This document shows positions 1-7,163 of a stretch of 13,808 nucleotides of DNA, piece after piece (the stretch's first letter is position 1; every line of letters starts with the position of its first letter). This stretch comes from a candidate division WOR-3 bacterium (GTDB lineage Bacteria > Hydrothermota > Tepidihabitantia > Tepidihabitantales > JAOUPE01), in the NCBI GenBank assembly GCA_039801565.1, contig JBDRUX010000069.1, positions 1 to 13,808 of the forward strand. Direction: 5' to 3'. The notes below the pieces were generated by a model that worked only from the letters and a program-made list of their open reading frames with translations, was not told the origin of the DNA and ran no database searches. Both the position numbers and the translations under genes were made by a program.

Positions 1-254
1 GTTGCTTGTTTTATCTCTTCGGTTGCGGCTTGAGCCGTAACTAATGTATCTTTCAGTAATTTTTCGGTTTTGACATAACCTTCCAACTTGGCTTGTAGTT
101 CATCAACTTTTTCGGCTAATAGCGCTCGTTCTTTGCGCAGCACTTCCATTTCATTAGCTACCATCTCAAGAAAATTTTTAACTTCTTGGGCATTAATCCC
201 GCGCAATTGTGTCGAAAATTTTTTCTTCCTAATATCAATTGGAGTAATTGGCAT
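1..254 (-). CDS. divIVA: DivIVA-domain cell division protein (5' part; runs off the left edge of the window)
   Basis: Not in the ORF track. Manual minus-strand translation from ATG at 254 gives MPITPIDIRKKKFSTQLRGINAQEVKNFLEMVANEMEVLRKERALLAEKVDELQAKLEGY..., matching the DivIVA N-terminal motif (ITPxDIxxKxFxxxxRGYxxxEVxxFL) followed by a coiled coil. Confidence 0.9.
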   Translation of the reverse strand, partial: MPITPIDIRKKKFSTQLRGINAQEVKNFLEMVANEMEVLRKERALLAEKVDELQAKLEGYVKTEKLLKDTLVTAQAATEEIKQA

Positions 255-259
255 AATTT

Positions 260-287
260 ATTTTAATCCAGCTTTAGCCGATGTCAA
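260..287 (-). promoter_or_regulatory. sigma70-type promoter for divIVA
   Basis: TTGACA (287-282), 16-nt spacer, TAAAAT (265-260). The ATG follows after only 5 nt. Confidence 0.7.
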
Positions 288-419
288 GGGTAAAATTAAC
301 TAAGCGAAGTAAAAAAGAAAATTCGACTCAGCCCGGAGAGATTTTATTTGCTATTAATTCAAGGATTTGGTTAAGAGATTATCAGTAACCGCTACTTAAT
401 AATTAATGTAGTTGCGCCG

Positions 420-2078
420 TTATTTCCTTTCGCCGACAACAAAGAATTCAACCCTTCGATTCATAATTCGGCCAGCTCTCGTTTCGTTGGACGAAATTGG
501 GTTCAATTCGCCATAACCTTGGGCAAACAGCCGAGAAGGTTCGATATTATGTTTTTCCACTAAATAATTAAGGACAGCTTGTGCCCGTTTCAACGATAGT
601 TTTTGGTTATAGGTAAAAGACCCACTATTATCAGTATAACCTTGGATTTCAACAATTATTCCAGGATTTTCTTTGAGGATTTTGGCAATATTGTCCAATA
701 TCGGGTAAGACTCAGGTCGAATTGTTGCTTGGTTAAAATCGAACTTAATCCCCTGGAGAACAAATCGGGCGCCACTTGCTACAACCTGAAAGTTTTTAAT
801 TGCGGTCTCATCTTCTTTTACTTCCACCACGCCGTAAGCCGATACGTAGCCGTCTTTTTTTGTATAGATAGTGTGGACTCCGACCGGGACATTTTGTAAT
901 TTGTAAAATCCAGTAATTGGGTCGGTCTGAATATCTCTTACTGTGCCACCTTCCAGGGCAATTGTTACTTGTAATGGTCGGTCATTAGTTGCATCGGTAA
1001 CCACTCCGGCAATCGCACCAACGGGTTTTTTCTTCTTCAATTCAAACTTAACTGTAGTCGCTTTATCTTGTTCCACTGTCAATGGTAAAGCTTGAGCATA
1101 ATAGTCTTCATTCTTTACTTCCAAAATTACCACGCCAACTGGTACATTTCGAATTGTGAAGATACCGGTGTTTGGGTCAGTACGGACTGTAGCATATCGC
1201 CGTTTTAAGATTTTAACTGTTGCCGGAACTGGCAAACCAGTTGAGCCATCAACTACTTTTCCAGTAATTATACCATAAGGCGTCGGTCGCCCTGGAACCA
1301 GCGGTGATAGATAATTGATGCCGAGAATTGCGGTATAATCCGGAGTCGTAGCATTTAAGCCAAATTCAATACCACCTTCCAAACCCAATCCAAATGGAAA
1401 ACGAACCTTGATCCCAGGGGTAATCCGCAACTTCGTGTTACTGCCGAGAAATCGGTCTTGCCATTTCTGCTCAGCATTAAACTCCAACACACCGCTAAAG
1501 ATTTTAGAAGCGATTTCCATCCCGGCACCTAAGAAGAGCATTCGGTCCTTACCGAAAGTTTCGCCAGCATTAATCACAAAACAAGGTAGACTTAGAAAAG
1601 CATCGGAGAAGTCAAGGGTAATAAGAGCTCGATAACCAGGTCCTGGGAGAATAACCGAGTCTAAAAAACTTTTATTTGCCCGTGCCACATTTAAGAAACC
1701 TGTGACACCAAATTTAGCAACTGGCAATTCAGCAAAGGACACTTTTGCTCCAAACATCTCACCTTGCCAATCGTAGCGAAAATCTCGGTAAGGTAATACC
1801 TGGTAAGTAAAAGTCCCTGCTAAGGAAGCTGTAAATTCTAAATAATTCGTTGGTGAGTAACCAAATTCCGGTAATAAAAATGGTCCATAGTATTGACCCT
1901 TGCCGCCAACCCTTTCCCTTCGGAAGATATAGCGAGAAGAGACTGATACCATATTGGCGCCTTCATTCTGGGCGTCTTGAATTCGAAAGAGTCCTCTTGC
2001 TCCACCGAAGCCACTGGCACCGAATAATAGTTCGCAACTCAATATGATTGAAAGGCAAATTAGAATTTTGCGGTTCAT
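420..2078 (-). CDS. OmpA-family protein: signal peptide, probable beta-barrel, two carboxypeptidase-regulatory-like domains, C-terminal peptidoglycan-binding OmpA domain
   Basis: C-terminal motifs IKFDFNQATI, IQGYTD, NQKLSLKRAQAV, GYGELNP, NRRVEF. Internal repeat GxIxGxVxDxxxxxP...TDPxTGxF/YxxxNVPVGV occurs twice. Hydrophobic N-terminus. SD AAGGAG upstream. Confidence 0.9.
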   Translation of the reverse strand: MNRKILICLSIILSCELLFGASGFGGARGLFRIQDAQNEGANMVSVSSRYIFRRERVGGKGQYYGPFLLPEFGYSPTNYLEFTASLAGTFTYQVLPYRDFRYDWQGEMFGAKVSFAELPVAKFGVTGFLNVARANKSFLDSVILPGPGYRALITLDFSDAFLSLPCFVINAGETFGKDRMLFLGAGMEIASKIFSGVLEFNAEQKWQDRFLGSNTKLRITPGIKVRFPFGLGLEGGIEFGLNATTPDYTAILGINYLSPLVPGRPTPYGIITGKVVDGSTGLPVPATVKILKRRYATVRTDPNTGIFTIRNVPVGVVILEVKNEDYYAQALPLTVEQDKATTVKFELKKKKPVGAIAGVVTDATNDRPLQVTIALEGGTVRDIQTDPITGFYKLQNVPVGVHTIYTKKDGYVSAYGVVEVKEDETAIKNFQVVASGARFVLQGIKFDFNQATIRPESYPILDNIAKILKENPGIIVEIQGYTDNSGSFTYNQKLSLKRAQAVLNYLVEKHNIEPSRLFAQGYGELNPISSNETRAGRIMNRRVEFFVVGERK

Positions 2079-2108
2079 CCCCTACTCCTTTCTTTTACAA
2101 GAATTACT

Positions 2109-2170
2109 GCCACAGAGTCTCTGAGGGCACAAAGATATGGTTCATCTCTATGCTCTCTGTTTACTGTGGC
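2109..2170. repeat. Imperfect palindromic (REP-like) element in the ompA leader
   Basis: GCCACAG (2109-2115) pairs with CTGTGGC (2164-2170); inner GAGGGCA (2123-2129) pairs with TGCTCTC (2151-2157). Confidence 0.6.
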
Positions 2171-2224
2171 TATTTTTGCGGTTGCTGTGGTGTCGGGATT
2201 GGAATTAATAGTTTGATTATATTT

Positions 2225-2253
2225 ATTATAACAAATTTTTAACTCATTGTCAA
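2225..2253 (-). promoter_or_regulatory. Consensus sigma70 promoter with extended -10 for the OmpA-family gene
   Basis: TTGACA (2253-2248), 17-nt spacer ending in TGT, TATAAT (2230-2225). Implies a 5' UTR of about 140 nt. Confidence 0.8.
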
Positions 2254-2442
2254 GCAAAACTACTTAAGTTTTCCCAAAAATTTCAAATTTTATCATAAAT
2301 GCGCCACCAACAATCAGCGGTTGAGTAATAGTTTCGGTTAAATCATTTTTATTATTTGCTCTTTAATTATGACTTGAGGTCTTCTTTCGTATATCATAGT
2401 TTTTTCGTAACAATTCGGGTGAGATTCAGTTTTGGCTTATCA

Positions 2443-2471
2443 TTGACATTACTGATTCCTTGTTATATAAT
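2443..2471 (+). promoter_or_regulatory. Consensus sigma70 promoter for galE
   Basis: TTGACA (2443-2448), 17-nt spacer, TATAAT (2466-2471). The GTG start at 2477 follows after 5 nt. Confidence 0.85.
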
Positions 2472-2476
2472 CGAGC

Positions 2477-3454
2477 GTGAAAATTTTAGTTACCGGTGGT
2501 GCTGGTTATATTGGCAGCGTGACTAGTCAGCTTCTTTTACGAGAAAATTATGAAGTGATAGTCCTTGACAATTTAAGCCGTGGGCATAAGGCGGCAGTTC
2601 CCAAAGGTGCGATTTTTGTTCAAGGCGATTTAGCCAACCCGAATCTTTTAACCAAGATTTTTCGCCAATATAGAATTGATTGTGTGATTCATTTCGCTGC
2701 TTTATCGTTAATAGGCGAATCGGTCGAAAATCCAAATCAGTACTTTTTAAATAATGTCATCTATGGTTACAATCTATTGAAAGCGATGGTCGAAAACGAT
2801 GTGAAAAAAATTATCTTCTCATCTTCCGCGGCAGTTTATGGTATTCCCAATCAGATTCCAATTTTAGAAACCGCTTCGCGTAATCCAATTAACCCTTATG
2901 GTGGCACCAAAAGAATTTTTGAAAATCTCTTAGAAGAATATGATAAAGCCTACGGTCTCAAATCAATTACTCTTCGCTACTTCAATGTTGCGGGTGCCTA
3001 TGGTGGTCTGGGGGAAGATCATCGTCCAGAAACCCATCTTATCCCACGGATTCTCAAATCGGCTTTAAAAGAAGCTTTAACATTTGAAATCTACGGCGAT
3101 GATTACGATACCCGTGACGGAACCTGCATCCGCGATTATATCCATATCTATGACTTAGCAATTGCACACATCTTAGCACTCAAGGCTTTGAATAAAACAA
3201 GCAAGGTTTATAATCTGGGCAGTGAAAATGGTGCGACGGTTAAAGAGGTATTGACTGTTGCTTGTGAAGTAACTGGTAAAACAATTCCGGTAAAGGTTAT
3301 GCCGCGCCGTCCCGGCGACCCACCAGTTCTAATTGCCTCATCTCAAAAAATAAAGCAAGAACTTGGTTGGCAACCAAAAAGAACTGATTTAAAAACAATT
3401 ATTCAAGATGCCTGGGAGTGGCATCAAGCTTACCCTAACGGCTATCCCGATTAA
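2477..3454 (+). CDS. galE: UDP-glucose 4-epimerase
   Basis: GGAGYIGS NAD-binding motif, HFAA, FSSSAAVYG, catalytic YGGTK (YxxxK), LRYFN, GEDHRPETHLIP, DGTCIRDYIHI, RRPGDP. Confidence 0.96.
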   Translation: MKILVTGGAGYIGSVTSQLLLRENYEVIVLDNLSRGHKAAVPKGAIFVQGDLANPNLLTKIFRQYRIDCVIHFAALSLIGESVENPNQYFLNNVIYGYNLLKAMVENDVKKIIFSSSAAVYGIPNQIPILETASRNPINPYGGTKRIFENLLEEYDKAYGLKSITLRYFNVAGAYGGLGEDHRPETHLIPRILKSALKEALTFEIYGDDYDTRDGTCIRDYIHIYDLAIAHILALKALNKTSKVYNLGSENGATVKEVLTVACEVTGKTIPVKVMPRRPGDPPVLIASSQKIKQELGWQPKRTDLKTIIQDAWEWHQAYPNGYPD

Positions 3455-3528
3455 AAACTAAAAACACCAACTGCCACTTTAATAGCGATTAATTTTCTAA
3501 CTTGGTTTGAAATGAGTTATTGGGGGCT

Positions 3529-4938
3529 TCAATGATTCATCAGACTTACGCTTTTAAGTCGAGCTAAGACCTTTTCTTTGCCGATAAGTTCAATTGTTTC
3601 AAATAATGGTGGCCCAACACTTTTACCGGTTAAAGCGACTCGACAGGGATGAACCAATTCCGCGGCTTTAATTTTTAATTCATCAGCTAATTTCCTTAAG
3701 GTTGATTCTAAATTCACCGCACTGAAATCGGTTAAAGTCTGAAATCGTTCGCAAAGTAAACCGAGATATTTACGAGCGCTGTCGGTTAAATATTTCTTTA
3801 CCGCTTCTTCATCATAAGTGATTTCATCGGTCAAAAATGGTTTCGCCATATTCGCCATTTCAACCAAAGTTCGAGAACGAACTTTAACTAATTCAATAAT
3901 CTTTAACAAATGCTCGGGATTGAATTCTTTGACACCAATTTCTTTCAAAAAGGGAAGGATTAAATCATAAAGTTTTTCGGTTGGATATTTTTTTATGTAT
4001 TCACTATTCATCCATTCCAATTTTTTATAATCAAATATCGCATTGGATTTATTGACTCTTTCTAAGGAAAATTCTTTAATCATCTCCTCGCGGGTAAGGA
4101 TTTCGCGGTCTCCCCCCGGTGACCAACCCAAAAGGGCTAAAAAATTGATTAAGGCATCGGGCAAGATACCGGCTTTCTGATATTCAAATAATGATAAAGC
4201 ACCGTGGCGTTTGGAAAGTTTTTTGCGGTCTGGACCTAAGATCAACGGCAGGTGGGCAAACTTCGGTATTGGAAAACCCAATGCTTCGTAAAGCAATATT
4301 TGCTTTGGGGTATTAGCGATATGCTCAACCGCTCTTATCACATGGGTTATTTCCATTAAGGCGTCATCTACTACTACAGCGAAATTATAAGTTGGTGTCC
4401 CATCAGCCCGGATGATAATAAAATCTTCAATATCTTGGGGTGCCTTTTCAATCCGCCCGTGAATCAAATCCTCGAAAACAACTTTTTTGAATGGAACTAA
4501 AAAACGAATCGCCTTAGGTTGATTTAAAGCATCTAATTTTTCTTTCTCCTCAGGCGAAAGTTTTAGACAACGCCGGTCATATTGCCAAATTCTTTTTTGC
4601 TGCCAAGCGATTTGGCGTTCGATTTCTAATTTTTCTGGGGGGCAATAACAATAATAAGCTTTTTTTTCGGCTAAAAGGCGCTGGGCGTATTTCCGATAAA
4701 TGTCAAATCGTTGGGATTGGAAAAACGGCCCTTCATCCCAATCAATGCCAACTAAGCGAAATCCATCAAGGATTGCTTGGGCTGATTCCGCAGTTGAACG
4801 GGTTGGGTCGGTATCTTCAATTCGCAAAATAAATTTTCCTTGATGATGGCGCGCAAAGAGCCAATTATAAAGAGCACTGCGAATCAATCCGACATGAATT
4901 GCGCCAGTCGGACTTGGGGCGATTCGAACTCGAACCAT
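3529..4938 (-). CDS. gltX: Glutamate--tRNA ligase
   Basis: RVRIAPSPTG, HIGH-like HVGL, LRIEDTD, YCYC...YDRRC zinc knuckle, ITHVIR, KMSKS-like KKLSKR, and a C-terminal anticodon-binding domain (RVALTG...GPPLF). Confidence 0.97.
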   Translation of the reverse strand: MVRVRIAPSPTGAIHVGLIRSALYNWLFARHHQGKFILRIEDTDPTRSTAESAQAILDGFRLVGIDWDEGPFFQSQRFDIYRKYAQRLLAEKKAYYCYCPPEKLEIERQIAWQQKRIWQYDRRCLKLSPEEKEKLDALNQPKAIRFLVPFKKVVFEDLIHGRIEKAPQDIEDFIIIRADGTPTYNFAVVVDDALMEITHVIRAVEHIANTPKQILLYEALGFPIPKFAHLPLILGPDRKKLSKRHGALSLFEYQKAGILPDALINFLALLGWSPGGDREILTREEMIKEFSLERVNKSNAIFDYKKLEWMNSEYIKKYPTEKLYDLILPFLKEIGVKEFNPEHLLKIIELVKVRSRTLVEMANMAKPFLTDEITYDEEAVKKYLTDSARKYLGLLCERFQTLTDFSAVNLESTLRKLADELKIKAAELVHPCRVALTGKSVGPPLFETIELIGKEKVLARLKSVSLMNH

Positions 4939-5028
4939 TGGCTAATAGCTAATTGCTTACGGTATTATCATTTGTGTGATTCGTCATTTGGCTTGTCCAT
5001 TACCCTAAGGCCATCGGTAATAAAATGA

Positions 5029-5118
5029 CGGAGAGGGGGAGATTCGAACTCCCGGCACGGTTTTACCCGTGCGACCGCTTAGCAAGCGGGCGCCTTAGAC
5101 CAACTCGGCCACCTCTCC
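5029..5118 (-). tRNA. tRNA-Ser (anticodon GCT)
   Basis: GGAGAGG/CCTCTCC acceptor stem, G discriminator, anticodon loop TTGCTAA, long variable arm GCACGG-GTAAAA-CCGTGC, T-arm GGGAG-TTCGAAT-CTCCC. No encoded CCA (followed by TCA). Confidence 0.95.
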
Positions 5119-5358
5119 GAATCCACAAAATTGAACACAGGAGAGAGGGAAACAGGAATCGGCACCAAGTCTTATAATTCCAGATTTGGCACATTGGGGG
5201 AAACCTGTCAACCAGTCCACTCACTTTATATTTATCGCCTCTAATACTTTTACCCCACGTTCGAGTCTCTACGAGCTTTGATTTTTCTTCGACCATTTAA
5301 ATCTTCCGGTTTTGTTGGTTTTCTATTACCTATTTCCTGTATCCTTTTCGCTAAAAAG

Positions 5359-5444
5359 CGGAGAGCGAGGGATTCGAACCCCCATTCCCATTGCTGGGAG
5401 GCGGATTTCAAGTCCGCTGCCTTACCAATTAGGACTAGCTCTCC
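5359..5444 (-). tRNA. tRNA-Ser (anticodon TGA)
   Basis: GGAGAGC/GCTCTCC acceptor stem, G discriminator, anticodon arm GCGGA-CTTGAAA-TCCGC, variable arm TCCCA-GCAA-TGGGA, T-arm GGGGG-TTCGAAT-CCCTC. No encoded CCA. Confidence 0.93.
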
Positions 5445-5459
5445 GAATTACTATATTTT

Positions 5460-5488
5460 AGATTATCATATTTTCCTTAAAATGTCAA
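5460..5488 (-). promoter_or_regulatory. sigma70 promoter for the tRNA-Ser(TGA) / tRNA-Ser(GCT) / gltX run
   Basis: TTGACA (5488-5483), 17-nt spacer ending in TGA, TAATCT (5465-5460), about 15 nt upstream of the tRNA. Confidence 0.65.
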
Positions 5489-5530
5489 CCCCATAGTATG
5501 CTAAAACCTGATTTAATTTTAAAATTTTTC

Positions 5531-5558
5531 TTGACTTTTTCAACTGAAACGGTAAATT
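5531..5558 (+). promoter_or_regulatory. Possible sigma70 promoter for the propeller/bEBP operon
   Basis: TTGACT (5531-5536), 16-nt spacer, TAAATT (5553-5558), about 70 nt before the 5628 ATG. Confidence 0.45.
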
Positions 5559-5627
5559 AAATTACGTCTAATACCGGAAAATCCTGGAGTTTTGAAGAAA
5601 TAAGCCAGGTTAGACGACAGAAATTTT

Positions 5628-7163
5628 ATGAGCCTAAGTTTAATTTTCGCCGTTAGAAAAAAAATACCACAAAAGTTGTTAGTAATTTCAGTCGTCATAA
5701 GTGCGGCCCTGATTTTTTTTGTCATATTGGGAATAAATCAAATTAGCAAAAGGAAATCTATTCCAAAAGGATGGGTTAAAATTGGTTGCGACGACCACAA
5801 TACCAATTTTTTTGTAAATACGCCCGCGCCTTTAATTAAAGTTCAAACGCCAACGAAAGGAAAAAAAGCTGACATCGCAAATTTAAAAAAGCAATTCTTT
5901 ACCATGGTTTGGGCTGCCGAAGAATTTTCCCCTTTGCCCTTCCGTTTAGTCGGTGGTGTTCAAAAACTGAATTACAATTTAAGAACTTGCGATTTGAATC
6001 GCGATGGGGCATTAGAAATAATTGTTGGTCATCAAGATCAAACTTTAATTTTGGATCGTAACGGTGTATTCCAATACGCACTACCCAGTATTTTTGATAT
6101 CTATCAAGATGACCGGGGTGATATTCACCTAACGATCTGTTCCTTGAATATTATCCAATATAAACACAACCAAAAAGAACTAAAACGGTTACGCACCGCA
6201 AATCCAATTCTCTCAATTCGAATCGCCGAATTAAAAGCTACGGCTGAGCCGAAATTAACTTTCATTACCATCGAAAAATTAAGAAACGAAAATAGTAATC
6301 AATTCCAAATTGTTGGATATGACTCTGAGAGCGGTCAACAATTATGGCTTCATCAATTTGAACTATTACCATTCATTTCAGCGATTGGTGATATCAATCA
6401 AGACGGTCGGAATGAAATCATCGGTACAACTTTTTCCGCCAACCAGCCACAAGGCGAAGTCTTCGCTCTGAGCAGTTCGGGCAAATTGATTTGGCAAATC
6501 AGATTCAATGTTCCGGACAACACCCATCATCAAAATTATCGAGTCAGTGCCTACACCGATGCTGTGATCGCGGATTTAAATGGTGATGGCAAAATGGAGG
6601 TGGTGGCAATTTTTGGAACAGAAGATGGCAAAGCTGGACAAATAAAAGTGATTGATGGGAAAACAGGCAAAATTATTGACCAATTTCCCAAACGCCGTTT
6701 GCTGCGACGTGCCTTTACCTCCTTAGCCATAGCTGACTTTGATAAAGACGGAAAACCTGACTTAGTAACTTCAACTCGTGGTATGACCGCTCGATTTTAT
6801 TTGTTCCGAATGGGAACTACTGGATTAGAAACTTTAGCCACTCGGCGTTACTTTCCTCCATTCATTCGGGAACCGGCGTTAATTTCGACCTTGGTCTGGG
6901 CATTAGCCGATATTGACGGAGACAACGAACTTGAAATTTTAGGTTCGCTAGTTTATGAATCACCAGTCACCACTGACTGGACGGTTCGCACTGTTCAATT
7001 CTTTGAACCCAGTGTTTTAGTTCTTGACCAACGATTTCAAGAAAAGGGTTATATTGACCTTGAGGAACGCTGTTTAGCTGCAGTGGTTTCGGATGTTCTC
7101 CGAGGGAGCGCTAACGAAATATTAATTTTATCCGACCGATTGTACCTCTATGCACTACAATAG
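5628..7163 (+). CDS. Membrane-anchored FG-GAP/VCBS repeat (beta-propeller) protein
   Basis: N-terminal TM segment LLVISVVISAALIFFVILGI. Repeated DxDxDG-type calcium-blade motifs: DLNRDGALEI, GDINQDGRNEI, ADLNGDGKMEV, ADFDKDGKPDL, ADIDGDNELEI. PQQ-like SGKLIWQ and SGQQLWL turns. Confidence 0.85.
   Translation: MSLSLIFAVRKKIPQKLLVISVVISAALIFFVILGINQISKRKSIPKGWVKIGCDDHNTNFFVNTPAPLIKVQTPTKGKKADIANLKKQFFTMVWAAEEFSPLPFRLVGGVQKLNYNLRTCDLNRDGALEIIVGHQDQTLILDRNGVFQYALPSIFDIYQDDRGDIHLTICSLNIIQYKHNQKELKRLRTANPILSIRIAELKATAEPKLTFITIEKLRNENSNQFQIVGYDSESGQQLWLHQFELLPFISAIGDINQDGRNEIIGTTFSANQPQGEVFALSSSGKLIWQIRFNVPDNTHHQNYRVSAYTDAVIADLNGDGKMEVVAIFGTEDGKAGQIKVIDGKTGKIIDQFPKRRLLRRAFTSLAIADFDKDGKPDLVTSTRGMTARFYLFRMGTTGLETLATRRYFPPFIREPALISTLVWALADIDGDNELEILGSLVYESPVTTDWTVRTVQFFEPSVLVLDQRFQEKGYIDLEERCLAAVVSDVLRGSANEILILSDRLYLYALQ

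Noticed and set aside
88..303. 71-aa + strand ORF
   Set aside because: Antisense shadow of divIVA, which has a clear family motif on the minus strand.
603..2257. Short ORFs 603-899, 1408-1635, 1838-2020, 1850-2047, 2048-2242 and 2075-2257
   Set aside because: They overlap the ompA gene or its promoter and leader palindrome, and have no recognisable motifs.
5171..5183. 13-mer CTTATAATTCCAG repeated at 12346-12358 (possible att site bracketing the module)
   Set aside because: About one such match is expected by chance in an AT-rich 14-kb window. It is not a tRNA 3' end, and no integrase is present.
5359..5444. Possible tRNA-Sec (TCA seen on the + strand)
   Set aside because: The gene is on the minus strand, so the anticodon is TGA (Ser). 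The 7-bp acceptor and 5-bp T stems are canonical.
4840..5725. Short ORFs 4840-5028, 5063-5296, 5278-5496 and 5540-5725
   Set aside because: They run through gltX, the tRNA genes or the 5628 gene, and lack protein-like features.
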